From a virus, in the IMG/VR virus record IMGVR_UViG_3300028178_000001, positions 1 to 64,000 of that record: a stretch of 64,000 nucleotides of DNA. The stretch is one strand, 5' to 3'. Position 1 is the stretch's first letter; every line of letters begins with the position of its first letter. Under the pieces are notes generated by a model, which was not told the DNA's origin, searched no databases, and saw nothing but the letters and a program-made list of their open reading frames with translations. Shown here in pieces: positions 18,653 through 29,802 of this stretch. The position numbers and the translations under genes are program-made.

Positions 18653-19215
18653 TACTTTTCTCCCTTTGAACGTTGTTCTTTAAATATTTTGGTTTTCTTT
18701 TTCCCTTCATCGATTTTGTCCATTATTGCGTCATCTTGAATTACAAGAATCATGTCTTTATTGCTATAAATTTTCAAATCGAAACGAATTTTAATATTAT
18801 CAAAGACCCAAAGTAAATGGCTTAAACTAGGGTCATGTTTCGATTCACCCATTCTTCTTGCGAGGAGATTTGCGAACGCCCATGAAGCATTTTTCATCCC
18901 CGCGGCTTTCCCATCGTAATAAGTAAACGACATAGAATACAATTTGTTTTCATAAAATTCAAAAGAAGCATCTTCCCATCTATTAAAAAATACAAATCCC
19001 GATCTTAAGTTAGGGACAGAATAGCTTTTTGCGCCGATAGTAGCATTAAGGCTTTTATATTCACGCGCTGAAGGATACATTGCTAAAAAACTTTTAAGCG
19101 TACACCCAAGTTTTACTTTCTCAATTTCGAATGATTGAGCATTTTTTTCGTAATCAGTTAATTGTGCAAACCCAACAATAAGAAATACTACTATAAAAAT
19201 AATTACTGTTTTCAT
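18652..19215 (-). CDS. Exported protein, possible superinfection-exclusion factor
   Basis: Signal-peptide-like N-terminus; co-oriented downstream of repressor. Confidence 0.45.
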   Translation of the reverse strand: MKTVIIFIVVFLIVGFAQLTDYEKNAQSFEIEKVKLGCTLKSFLAMYPSAREYKSLNATIGAKSYSVPNLRSGFVFFNRWEDASFEFYENKLYSMSFTYYDGKAAGMKNASWAFANLLARRMGESKHDPSLSHLLWVFDNIKIRFDLKIYSNKDMILVIQDDAIMDKIDEGKKKTKIFKEQRSKGEK

Positions 19216-19661
19216 GTTTGCCTTTTCTTTTTGATTAATTCTTCTTCTAGTTGTTTTATCCGTCTTTCTTTTTCGGTGAGTTGGAGTTTGAGCATTTCGA
19301 TTAAGTCCTCGTATGGTTTTATAACCCTTTCTAATGTTGAACTGGTGATGCCGTTATAGTTATTATATTCTTTTGGCTCACCAATAAAGTTCCCATTCAT
19401 CCCGTTCCCCTCAGTTTTTTTCTGGAAACTTTCATCGTGGACAGTATAACTTTGGGAGGTGGGCTCAAATATAGGCTGCAGATCATCAATAATAGCTAAA
19501 CTTCTGGCTAAAAAATTAATCCCCTCAACAATTTTAACTCGATGTTCTGGCTTGTCACTATCAAGCCAGATATCTAAAGTCGCCCGGGACACCTTCATAG
19601 CTTTTGAGAGCTCAACTTTATTAATTTTTTTTTCTTTTATAAACTCTTGTAAATTAAGCAC
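19212..19661 (-). CDS. CI-like HTH repressor
   Basis: N-terminal HTH 'NKVELSKAMKVSRATLDIW', C-terminal coiled coil; divergent from the early operon. Confidence 0.7.
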   Translation of the reverse strand: MLNLQEFIKEKKINKVELSKAMKVSRATLDIWLDSDKPEHRVKIVEGINFLARSLAIIDDLQPIFEPTSQSYTVHDESFQKKTEGNGMNGNFIGEPKEYNNYNGITSSTLERVIKPYEDLIEMLKLQLTEKERRIKQLEEELIKKKRQT

Positions 19662-19707
19662 TTATGTATAATCCTATAAAATAATATACAATTTAGTAAA
19701 AATTAAC

Positions 19708-19736
19708 TTGACAATAACGCATAATAGTATTAAGTT
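19708..19736 (+). promoter_or_regulatory. Putative rightward early promoter in the immunity region
   Basis: TTGACA-17 nt-TAAGTT in the divergent intergenic gap. Confidence 0.5.
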
Positions 19737-20004
19737 TACAACGCACTTAAATGAAAATAAAACAAGGCAAACAAAATGAACAGCACAGACAAAAAACAAA
19801 AACAAGAAATTTGCACAGAGATCAAAAAAACAGTCGAGCAATTAAATGCGCAAATAACTACTGCGGCAAGTTTAGGGCTGCAAGTGCTTATGAATAAGCA
19901 TTCTTATTTAGCAACAAGCCCCAATATGCCGCAATCGGTTAAAATAGTTGAAGAAACAATTTATTGTGAAATAAAACCACAGTCCACGATTTTACCACAG
20001 GCGC

Positions 20005-20211
20005 TTATTGCTGAAGAAGAGAGACCAACAGATCAATCTTCTTCTCTAAAGATTTAAATAAATCAGTGGTAGCAAAATATTCAATGGTGTTAACAACTGC
20101 TCCACATGATGAACATTGAACAAAGTATTTTGGACTAGCGTTGTTACGAATATTGGCTTCTACAAGTTCAAAACTTGTATCATCACACTTTGGACATTTA
20201 GAAGTAGCCAT
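20005..20211 (-). CDS. Small zinc-ribbon protein
   Basis: 'CPKC...CSSCG'; AGGGGA RBS on the minus strand. Confidence 0.55.
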   Translation of the reverse strand: MATSKCPKCDDTSFELVEANIRNNASPKYFVQCSSCGAVVNTIEYFATTDLFKSLEKKIDLLVSLLQQ

Positions 20212-20259
20212 AAAAAAAAGTCCCTTTAAAAATAGAACATTAATTAAACAGAGTTAAAA

Positions 20260-20553
20260 ATGAATTTAGAACAGACACAAAATAAAAAAGACTACCGCAA
20301 ACCGCAAACTATATTTTCCTTGCAGGAGCGGGAAGAGATAAAAGCCAGAGCCTACAATTTATTGCAAGACGTTAAGGACGGGGTACAGATTTATCTTGCC
20401 GATATGCTTTTCGTTTCAAAGAACAACATCAACATGGCTTTTGCCGGGCGGAACATGAAACTTATGGCAAGAATTAAACAGTTTGTTGAGGCTTACGAAA
20501 GTTCACCGGATAACGCCGCCGCTTATGCAAAACAATTTCAAAGAGCTATATGA
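20260..20553 (+). CDS. Cro-like / HTH early protein
   Basis: 'QIYLADMLFVSKNNINMAF' HTH-like; early position. Confidence 0.45.
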   Translation: MNLEQTQNKKDYRKPQTIFSLQEREEIKARAYNLLQDVKDGVQIYLADMLFVSKNNINMAFAGRNMKLMARIKQFVEAYESSPDNAAAYAKQFQRAI

Positions 20554-22377
20554 AACATAACCTAACACATGAAAAATTCCAAGTATTAACGTTCGAGCAA
20601 CGTTCGAGCATCTTCTTCCAGGGTAAAAAATTAAAAATTTACCATGAAGGGGGAATGGATTGGTTTGATCTTGACAATATAACGGTCATATTACCCAATA
20701 CCCATGCATGTAGTAGCGAACAAGCGAGTATGCCCGCAGGTAGAGCAAACGCTAACAATAAAGGCTACAGTCTTTTGGACATTTGCTTCTGGGGTAGCAC
20801 CATTCTCAGATTTCGGTATAAAGACCGGAACGGTAAGAAAGCTGTCCCCAAGGGTGTACTTACCCCCAAGACATTGATTGCATTGATTTCTGATTTGATT
20901 CTTCATAAACCAAGCGAGAACGAGTTGTCTATCTTGTGCAGAAAGTTTCATATAGAACTCCTTAAAGAATATTGATGGTAAATATAAATAATAAATTCAA
21001 AGGAAGATAAACAATGAACATGGAAATATTTAGGGAATTTTGGCCGTCATTTGCTACCGGGGTTGTCGTTGGGATGTTATTTATTCTTGCTGCTTGTGCC
21101 TATTATTTAATTAAAGCTGATAAGGACATAGAGAGATTAGAGAAATCAAGGGATACCGAGCGAAAAGAATGTGCAAGGCTTACCAAAGAAACCCAAGCAC
21201 TCCGTGAAGCAAACCAACAAATAGCTAAGGAAAATTTCGAAGAAGGACTTTTGAAGGGGAAGTATGAATATTTTTTGAATGAGGTTAAAGCATGAGAAGT
21301 GAATTAGAAATTAGGAATTACGAATTAGGATTAGCCTCCCAGCCGGTTGAAAGTGAGCAGGTTTGCGAATCGTTTGAAGCCGCCATGCATTATGATTGCC
21401 GGATTTGTGCTAAAGAATGCCAATTTAGAAAAGGACCAAGTACAACTTCGGAAAGAATTGCGGTTGCTTGCTGTATGCTGTTTTGTGCAATCATTGCTAT
21501 CACCGGGATAATTCAAGGAGTAAATTATTTAATGGAGAAGGTTTTATGAGCAAAAAAGATTTTAGAATTTTCTCTACTGTTCAATGCACCGAACCGGGAT
21601 GCACGGCAAAGATTAAACAGAATGTGATAGATCGGAAACCGGACGCGGATAAGTGTTTTAGGCATTGGCCATTCGCAAGAAGAAACCGGTGCAAGAGTAA
21701 AACAACAAATGACAATCTCCAAACAACAAATTAGAATAAAGGATACGGGAATGAAATATTATTTAACAAATCTATTTTATACGATTTTCAATAAGTGGGG
21801 AAAGATACTTTTTAAAAATTTTCTTGACGTTGTTGCTATTAAAAAATTTGATACTTATTACATAAAAACCACAGCATCAATTGTGGAATACTCAACAAGA
21901 AAAGGGTTGAAGGCATACCGGAGTTTTGTCCAAATAAAATATACGGAATTTGGAGAATATCCTTACAGAAGCGAAACTATCCAGAATTTTAATGGGCTTG
22001 GAATATCGGTTGTTTTTTATTGGAATATAACTAGAGCACAGTATGGACAAATAAAAACTTTTCTATGTTCATTTGCCCCGGAAAAGGGGGGACAGAATGA
22101 ATTAGAGAACTTACTGATACTACTATTCAGCAATGAATATGAAAAAGCGTTTGAGAGATTGAACGACATTACAAAAAGAAGTTTGGAAAAGAAATCAGAA
22201 CTTGAGGCAAGTTATAATAAAGAAATAAATCTTGAAAAGAAAGATCTTCTAAGCTATCAGATTAAACGTATTAAGATGAAATTTACTCTTCTTGATAAGA
22301 TTCAAACTGAATTATTTTCTCCTCGGTTTGAACAATTTATCTCTCAAGAGAAAAAAAGAAATTAAAAGGAGTCCATC

Positions 22378-22719
22378 ATGGGAACAATCCGGCACATCGT
22401 AGCAAGTAATGTTCTAGTTCTTGAAAGAGTAAGAAAGGATCACGGTAATGTTCCGGCGCTTGCGGAGAATATTAAAAGTGAAGGGTTACACAACCCTATA
22501 CATGTAATTGAAAGCAGAAACGGGCAATACGTGCTCTTAGCGGGGGAAAGACGGCTGAAGGCTGTCTTACTACTCGGTGAGCCGTTAATCGCTGTTAGAG
22601 TGATTGAGAAAGCAATTAGACCGGAGAATTTTTACGCATTCCACCGTGATTACCAAACAGTGGGAATAAACAGAAACCAACCAAGATGCGGACACGTACT
22701 TATAAAGATTAACAATTAA
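22378..22719 (+). CDS. Stand-alone ParB/Srx N-terminal domain protein
   Basis: 'LAENIKSEGLHNPI...LLAGERRLKA'. Confidence 0.75.
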   Translation: MGTIRHIVASNVLVLERVRKDHGNVPALAENIKSEGLHNPIHVIESRNGQYVLLAGERRLKAVLLLGEPLIAVRVIEKAIRPENFYAFHRDYQTVGINRNQPRCGHVLIKINN

Positions 22720-23108
22720 AAACTAAAGGAAGAATTATGAAGACGAAAATCAAAAGAACAATCACAGGGAATGGTAAGCGTTTGTTAATACCAGAAACAT
22801 TCAAAATTGAAGACCTCCTCCAAGTCCCGGTAATTAATATTCATGCGTCGAAGGATAAACTTGAAGCAATAAATGAAGCAAAAGACTTATTAGCGCTTAG
22901 TATTGATAGACTTGAGATCATAGTAAATGAGATTGAAGACGGGACTTCTGCTTCTCGTGAAATTGCGAAGAGGTTAGTTCCTTTAAAGTCATTTTCTATA
23001 TCAAGTTTGTTAGGCAAATTACCATCAGACTTATTGGGAGAACGAGAAAGAATAGAAATACTCGGCAGCAGAATAAAACAACTTCTTTTCGATTTATAAG
23101 GGGAAAAT

Positions 23109-24134
23109 ATGCTAGTAAATATTGGTGACATCATTATCCGAGAGGATAGAATAAGAAAAGATTTTGGAGACATTTCGGAATTAGCTGAGGATATTCTGGT
23201 AAATGGTTTGATCAATCCGCCGGTAGTTACGCCGGATTTGGTTTTACTTGCCGGTGAAAGAAGGATGAAGGCGATGAAGCAGCTTGGATATAACCAGGTT
23301 GAAGTTAGGACGTTAACCGTAAGAGATTACGAACACCGGTTAATGATTGAAATTAGTGAAAATGAAAACCGGAAGAATTTTTCGTTTACTGAAAGAATGG
23401 ACTTGGCAAGGAGGCTTGAAATAGTTGAACGGGAAAAGGCACTTGAAAGAATTTTAGCCGGTAAAAAGACGGCTGACGACCCTACGCCAACATTGGCGGA
23501 GGGTACAGAAAAGGGAGAAACTAATTTGAAAGTTGCCGTAGCCGTTGGATTAGGTGGAAAAGAAACATATCGTAAAGCTAAAAAGATAATGGAAGAAGCC
23601 GATCCGGAAACGATAAAGGCGCTGGACGAGAATCAGTTAAGTATAAATGGCGCATATATACAACTCAAAGCAAAATTGGCGGAGAAGGAAGAATTGCTCT
23701 CGAGCAAAGATACAATGATCCAGAACTTGATGAGTAAAAAAGGGGGAAAAGAAGCAGCGAAATCACTTGAAGAAAAGAATGATGAAATTCTAAAGTTGAG
23801 ACGCGACTTAAAAAAGGCGGAAACGGAATTAGAAGATTTGCAGGAGGTAAAAGCGCAGAAAGATGAACTGAAAACTCTTCAAAATAGCATTGAAAAACTG
23901 AAAGAACGTGAAAGTAAAGCCATCCAAGAGTATAAGGAGATGGGGAAAATTTTCAGCTGGATAGACCGGGCAAAAAAATATATCGGTGACGAGATGTTAC
24001 AGATACCAACGCTAATGTATTTGCCGGAAAGCCCAAGCCAAATAGTTAAGGAAGAAGTTAAGCATATCCTCCGGGTAGTAAGTGATTGGAGTTATGCGAT
24101 GAGACAAAAATTTCAAATAGCGGAAGATGAGTAG
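23109..24134 (+). CDS. ParB-like protein with C-terminal coiled coil
   Basis: 'GLINPPVV...LAGERRMKA', 'ISENENRKNF'. Confidence 0.8.
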   Translation: MLVNIGDIIIREDRIRKDFGDISELAEDILVNGLINPPVVTPDLVLLAGERRMKAMKQLGYNQVEVRTLTVRDYEHRLMIEISENENRKNFSFTERMDLARRLEIVEREKALERILAGKKTADDPTPTLAEGTEKGETNLKVAVAVGLGGKETYRKAKKIMEEADPETIKALDENQLSINGAYIQLKAKLAEKEELLSSKDTMIQNLMSKKGGKEAAKSLEEKNDEILKLRRDLKKAETELEDLQEVKAQKDELKTLQNSIEKLKERESKAIQEYKEMGKIFSWIDRAKKYIGDEMLQIPTLMYLPESPSQIVKEEVKHILRVVSDWSYAMRQKFQIAEDE

Positions 24135-25199
24135 TTATGAATAGCGGAAATACTTCACTAATGCCAGTGTTAGATGTTACTAAAATTCCTACGAATGTGC
24201 TAAAAGATTTAGCTTTTAGTTTGCAGGGCGAACTGATGAAGCGGACGGTAGCCGATGTTGAGGAATTTAAGGCAAAGACCGCTGAAACTATCAATACACA
24301 GCACAATGAAATTGAAAAACTTAAAAATAATTTGGACGCGCAGAGTGAAAAGGTGTTTTTTATTCATGCACGGAGCGCGGACGAAAAGTATTTGACAATG
24401 CGAATGTTAGGCAACAGAAATATTCCTCCTATTGCTAACAAGATGACGCGGTTATTACAGTACGCGGGAATATTGCAGATAGGGAAATCGATTCCATACA
24501 GCAACGCATTAGCAGGAAAAGGACCAATTGCGATAACGTACAAAATCTCAAACGCGCAGGGCTATGAAGGTTTAGGTTACAAATTCCACGAGGCGAGAAC
24601 GTGGGAGATCATTCACAAAAAATTAAAGAAAGATGAGTTGTTCAATAGTTTTATGAATTGTTCAACAAAGGAAGAGTTAGATAAATTCATCGGTAAACTA
24701 CCGATATTATACAAGTAATAAGGTATAATAACTATGTTCAATAATCAAAGGAATAAAGCAATGAGCGGACTAATTTCGATCTTCGACACGATCCCGCACG
24801 GAATTTCCTTTGCTACTATAGCGAGGGAAGATAGACCCCACGGACGGGTTCCGGCAACAAGTTTCACCAGAATATTTGTTGAGAATAAAATGGGGCGCTA
24901 TACCGAAAAATCTAAAAACGTTCTCAATAGGTTTTGTCAAAATCTTAAAGAAGAAATTGACATGCACATCCAAGTAAGGAGAGCAGAAAAAGGAGATCCA
25001 TTTTTACCGGCGCAAGAAGTAAGGGAAGAATTGGCAACAAAGCTATGCGTAAGCGAACAAGCGCTAAGGGCATGGTCTAATCCTTGCGACAAAAGCGGAA
25101 ACAAAATGGGGATAGGCGATCTGATAGCTTATTCCGAAAAGATAAAATCGACTTTTTTAATTGAGGCTTTATTAAACGATCTGAAAGAAGGATGTATGC

Positions 25200-25532
25200 A
25201 TGTTGGAAGTTGTTAAGGAAGATAAGCGCAGGAAAAAGCCAACGGTATTGGAAGGCGGAAATCGCGTTGCGGTATCTGAGGCGGAAGCGGCGCAAATAAT
25301 GGGCTTAAAAGAAAGTGATACGTTCCGGAAAAAGTTTGTGCCCAACTTTATTAAACCGAGTTATTACCCGGGCAGCAAACGACCGATGTATAATGTTTAT
25401 GAGGTGCTTTCACTTTTTAACAAGACGATTGGAGTAAAAGCACAATACCCGGTAGTTGATAATGATTTTATGGAGAGAGTGCGAAAAATGGCATTGGGGA
25501 CTTATAAAAGAGAACAGCAAGTAGCAAGTTAA
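25200..25532 (+). CDS. Excisionase-like winged-HTH protein
   Basis: 'VSEAEAAQIMGL', 'RPMYNVYEV' pattern. Confidence 0.45.
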   Translation: MLEVVKEDKRRKKPTVLEGGNRVAVSEAEAAQIMGLKESDTFRKKFVPNFIKPSYYPGSKRPMYNVYEVLSLFNKTIGVKAQYPVVDNDFMERVRKMALGTYKREQQVAS

Positions 25533-25905
25533 AAGTATAAATCAAAGGAGTTCAAGAAAATGGAAAAAGTTCATATAAACGATGGCAGCAATAAGCCGAT
25601 ATGCGGCGATGAGGGTTTTACAAAATTAACGGGCGTAAAAGAATGTACGTCTTGTTTAGAGTGCCAAAAATTACGTGCGGAGGCATTGAGAAAGCTAAAA
25701 ACTATCCGCAGACTTGAGGCAGATAGAAAGATAGTGCACGACTATCTGCATGGCAGCAACAGCAAAAATTTAAGCGAAGAAGATTTAGAATCTTATAAAA
25801 TCCGATTGGAGGAGATTGAGATTGAATCGAAAAAAAATCATCCACAATCAAATAACGAGGCGTATCTAATGAGTGAATTGAGTATGCCGATAGAGGAGGT
25901 AGCAA

Positions 25906-27006
25906 ATGCCTAACGAGAACAAAAGTTTGCCGGTAATAAACGACAATAGTCATTTATCTGTTTTTCTACGCGAAGTTGAGAAAGTAATGATACCGTTAGT
26001 ACCGGAAATGTTAAACTTCGTAAAGCCGGAACTTAAACTTGGTTTTGAGAAGATAAGCGTTATTAAAGAGAGAGATGCTTATTGGGTTGAAGGAGGCTAT
26101 GCGCTGAAACTAACAAAGCTAAATGAAATTGCCGTAGCATCAGGGATACAGATAACATGCGGAAGGAACCCGGAAAAAACTTACGATGGAGACGGAAGAA
26201 TAGTTAATGTAAAACATTATGTTCTTTGGACGTACAGAAATATTGACGGGTCAACAAAAAAGGGGGAGATAAGCGGCGAGTATAATTATACTGAAGATAT
26301 ACAAAAGTTCACCGCCAAGAAAGATAAATATGATAGCAGCGGGAAGTTAAAATTTAAAACCGGAGAAGTGGATTGGAACAGTGTAAACCAACGCCGGGCT
26401 AAAGCGGGCCAGCTTGCAGAAAGCAATGCAATTTACAGGGCAATAAATAAAGCTTTGCCAAAATTACGTGGAACGTACAGTGCAGCAGAATTGGATAAAC
26501 CATTTCTTGTGCCTTGCGTAATTGAAGACCCAAGCGAAATGCTAGCTAAATATCCAAAATTAGAAGAAGAATATATCAGGCAAAAGTTGGGGCTTGCCGG
26601 GATGTTGTACGCGGCCCCAGATCAAATAGAAGGCGTTAAGGAAGAGTTTAGAGGAAGCTCCCCGACGGTAGAAGATAGAAAGCCAGCAGTTGGAAAAAAG
26701 CCGGAACCGGCGAAGATAGAAGATGCAAAAGTGATTGAAGAAAAGCCTAATGGAACGGGGGATAAACCGGAAGACCCGGATGAAAAGAATTTCCCTCCGG
26801 GGATGATTGATAAGGGTGAAAGGGCGAAATTTTACGCATCTCAGTTTGTTGATTCGCCGCAGGAAGAAAGAACAAAAATTCTTAATAATTTACTAGAGAA
26901 GAAGAACTACCAGCGACAAGGGAAATCACCCATCGATACTTACAAGGTAGATAAGCAAATTGAGTTTATTGAAATGCTTTGGAAACTGCCAGACTTCAAT
27001 AATTAG
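25906..27006 (+). CDS. Putative recombination/annealing-associated protein
   Basis: 366 aa upstream of SbcD/SbcC with a charged low-complexity tail; call based on context only. Confidence 0.35.
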   Translation: MPNENKSLPVINDNSHLSVFLREVEKVMIPLVPEMLNFVKPELKLGFEKISVIKERDAYWVEGGYALKLTKLNEIAVASGIQITCGRNPEKTYDGDGRIVNVKHYVLWTYRNIDGSTKKGEISGEYNYTEDIQKFTAKKDKYDSSGKLKFKTGEVDWNSVNQRRAKAGQLAESNAIYRAINKALPKLRGTYSAAELDKPFLVPCVIEDPSEMLAKYPKLEEEYIRQKLGLAGMLYAAPDQIEGVKEEFRGSSPTVEDRKPAVGKKPEPAKIEDAKVIEEKPNGTGDKPEDPDEKNFPPGMIDKGERAKFYASQFVDSPQEERTKILNNLLEKKNYQRQGKSPIDTYKVDKQIEFIEMLWKLPDFNN

Positions 27007-27021
27007 GAATTAGGAATTAGG
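27001..27021 (+). repeat. (AATTAGG)x3 heptamer tandem
   Basis: Contains the upstream stop codon; ends 3 nt before ATG 27025. Confidence 0.9.
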
Positions 27022-27233
27022 AAAATGTTTAAGGACCAATTGATAACAATATCGACTTTTCACCGCAATCTTTTTGCTAAAGGAGATATTGTGGAATGTA
27101 GTCTCTATGGTTTGTTGAAAACAGTCAAAGTCATTGATGACCACACCATTAGAATTAAAAAATTAAATTGGTTTGAATTTGCCATGTATTACATAAAGCA
27201 GCCGTTTGTTAATCTTTGGAGGCGGATAGCAAG

Positions 27234-27383
27234 ATGAAATGTGCGGTATGTAATAGAACATTAAAGAATCCTAAAAGCGTAGAAAAGGGAATTGGTCCGG
27301 TATGCGAAGGCAAAGTGAACGGCAAAAAGGTTAGAGCGAAAAAAGCAAAAAAAGATAAACAGCAATTGGAAATGTTTAAATAA
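27234..27383 (+). CDS. Small zinc-finger protein (DUF6011-like), missing from ORF track
   Basis: MKCAVCNRTLKNPKSVEKGIGPVCEGK...; ATGA-coupled to the upstream gene. Confidence 0.7.
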   Translation: MKCAVCNRTLKNPKSVEKGIGPVCEGKVNGKKVRAKKAKKDKQQLEMFK

Positions 27384-27866
27384 AGAAAAGGTGTAAAATG
27401 GAAAAGACAAGCAATGATATGAGTCTGGATGCGTTTTGGAAATATCGTGAAGATACATTCAATAACGCTCTAAAATCTTTGGGAATTAATGCCTCAATAA
27501 GTCTAAAAACTACCGAGGAGCAAACAATTTTTATTGAGGCATTAAAAGCAATTGAAGAGAAGGATTTCGAAGATGTTAAGAAATTAGAAATATCAGATGG
27601 GGACGTTCTTCTTTTGAAAGGCGAATCATCTCTTATGGGGGAAAAATTAAAAAATACTATTCTTAACGCTACGGGCAAAAAGGTTTTTATTGTTTGTCTA
27701 CGGACAGAATCTGATTTAATAAAATTAGTCCCAGGAGTTCTTGCACATATTGATCAAGGTATTGGTGGGGATAAAAAAGCCGAAACGATTATATCTAAAA
27801 ATGAAAATGGAGAGACCGTATTAGGGGAAACAAAAATAACAGAGAATAAAGGGACAAAGGGATAAA

Positions 27867-29132
27867 ATGAAAAACCAAATTATAACTTTGTTTACTAGTG
27901 ATTGGCATTTGGATAAAGACCCGAAAAGAAAGAGGAAAGCTTGTGAATCGCTTGATCAAATGGTGGATTATGTAAAAAATAATCAGGTCGATTATATAGT
28001 TCATGGCGGAGATTTTTGGGAAACAAGACAAAACTTTGGTGAAAACAGCGGAGTTGAGTATGGCTTCGAATACTTGCAAGAATTAGCCAAACACGTAAAA
28101 GCAGTTATTATAAATAAAGGCAATAATAACCACGATTACCCTCAAAGCATTAGTCTTCTTGCAAGATTAGGGGAAAATATCTTTGCTTACGAATACCCGA
28201 TTGCACTTGCCCTTTACCCGGATAATGGTAAAATAATAGGGGTTGATGTTTTAAGAGATGAGGATGAAATTATCGGGGGACCGGAATTTATTGTAAACCT
28301 TATGCCTTATCCCACAAAAGCGATGATAGTAAGGAATATGAGCATTGATGACAATAACAAAGAGTTTGGAGAAGTATTTGACGGGTTAATGGATATGTTC
28401 GGGATAACCAACGAAAAGTTTAAATGCCCGAAAGCTTTTTCCTTCCACGGAAACGTAAGAGGCAGCCGGTTAAGTACAGGGCAGCCGTTACCAGGGCAGG
28501 ATATTATTATTTCTCCTTTATCTCTACGAAAAGCCAAAGCGGATGTTTACGCATTCGGGCATATACATAACTGGCAAGAGTTTGCGCCGGATATGTTTTA
28601 CACAGGCCCATTGTACAACTGCAATTTCGGCGAAACGGAGCAGAAATATTTTATTATCAGTAAATTTGATCAGACGGATGGAGGGGTAAAAGTATCTTCA
28701 GAGAAAATAAAGTTTAAGACAGTCCGGCCGATGGTGAACGTTACAGCGGAATTCATTAACGGTGAGTTTGTGATTGACGAACAAGAAATGCCCGAAAATC
28801 CAGAAGTCAAATTTAAATATAAGATAAATGAAGATGAACAAAGCCTCGTTACAGAAGCCAAGAAAGATGAAATAAGAGCACGATATGGGGCGGATGTAAT
28901 TATTGCTTCACCCGATGTAATACCGGTGCAGCGGGAAAGCCGCAGCGAGAAGATAATGGAGGCAGAGAATTTGGCTGAGGAGTTTACAGAGTTTTGCATT
29001 GTAACGGGCAGAGATGAGGTGTTTAAGCCCAGCAATGACGGCAAAGAAAAAATACTCAAAACCGGATACCGGAAAAAGCTTGAATTGATTGAGCAGAATA
29101 TCCCCCCGGACGGAAAAGAAGAAGAGCTTTAA
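27867..29132 (+). CDS. sbcD: SbcD/Mre11-like metallophosphoesterase nuclease
   Basis: 'SDWH', 'GGDF', 'GNNNHD', 'FGHIH' motifs. Confidence 0.85.
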   Translation: MKNQIITLFTSDWHLDKDPKRKRKACESLDQMVDYVKNNQVDYIVHGGDFWETRQNFGENSGVEYGFEYLQELAKHVKAVIINKGNNNHDYPQSISLLARLGENIFAYEYPIALALYPDNGKIIGVDVLRDEDEIIGGPEFIVNLMPYPTKAMIVRNMSIDDNNKEFGEVFDGLMDMFGITNEKFKCPKAFSFHGNVRGSRLSTGQPLPGQDIIISPLSLRKAKADVYAFGHIHNWQEFAPDMFYTGPLYNCNFGETEQKYFIISKFDQTDGGVKVSSEKIKFKTVRPMVNVTAEFINGEFVIDEQEMPENPEVKFKYKINEDEQSLVTEAKKDEIRARYGADVIIASPDVIPVQRESRSEKIMEAENLAEEFTEFCIVTGRDEVFKPSNDGKEKILKTGYRKKLELIEQNIPPDGKEEEL

Positions 29133-29184
29133 GGAAGTGGAAAGAATTGAATAAAACAATAGAAGAATATTTGCCAAAATTACT

Positions 29185-29316
29185 TTATAACGGCTATCGG
29201 CTTAAACCGATTGCGACATAAAAATGAAATTTATAATTAACAGAAATATTAACAAGACTACCAAACTTCAAATCCGAATTGCTTTGCAATTCTATGATTT
29301 GAAGCCGTAGTTATAA
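29185..29316 (-). mobile_element. attC-like site 1 (132 bp)
   Basis: Minus strand: R'' TTATAAC, 5 nt, L'' CTT[C]AAAT ... L' GTTTAAG, 9 nt, R' GTTATAA. Confidence 0.8.
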
Positions 29317-29334
29317 TTTTGGCGGTGGGAGCTG

Positions 29335-29640
29335 ATGGAAATGAAAGAAGATAGAAGTGATTTTAACAACTACCCGCATAGAGTATTTGCGAATGTAGTA
29401 TTAATAAAAGGGAAAATTGCGAATTGGAAAACCGGTGATTACAGGTGGACTATAAAAAACTTTTTTATGAGCCATCAGCCGACCAACGTATACACAAATG
29501 AGAAGCAAGTAATTATTAAGAGCCGATCATTTATTGTAAGAAATAGAGAGGAACACAATAAGGCGTTTAGCGAGCGAGCAGTAAAATTTTACAGACAATT
29601 TAAGTTTGTAAAAGGATATAATTTGATGCGACCATACTAA
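29335..29640 (+). CDS. Hypothetical protein carried on an integron-type gene cassette
   Basis: 101 aa, GGAG RBS, bounded by attC sites and about 17-bp terminal inverted repeats. Confidence 0.7.
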   Translation: MEMKEDRSDFNNYPHRVFANVVLIKGKIANWKTGDYRWTIKNFFMSHQPTNVYTNEKQVIIKSRSFIVRNREEHNKAFSERAVKFYRQFKFVKGYNLMRPY

Positions 29641-29650
29641 CCGCCAATAA

Positions 29651-29781
29651 TTATAACAGCATGGAAATTAAGCGGCAGATAATGATTTCATATCAGAAAC
29701 ACATCCATCGAAATTATTCGTTGGCTCTGGAGAAGTTAGAGAAAATGCTTGTTATCTGTCCGCTTGAGTTTTTAGTTATTT
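29651..29781 (-). mobile_element. attC-like site 2 (131 bp)
   Basis: Minus strand: R'' AAATAAC, 5 nt, L'' ACT[C]AAGC GG[A]CAGATAA ... TTATCTG CC L' GCTTAAT, 9 nt, R' GTTATAA. Confidence 0.8.
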
Positions 29782-29802
29782 GGAAATTTTACGGAGAATG
29801 TA

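Noticed and set aside
29147-29221. Short ORF '..EEYLPKLL..' as the missing IntI N-terminus
   Set aside because: PKLL comes from the cassette-end consensus (CCAAAATT..TATAAC); four residues are not enough evidence.
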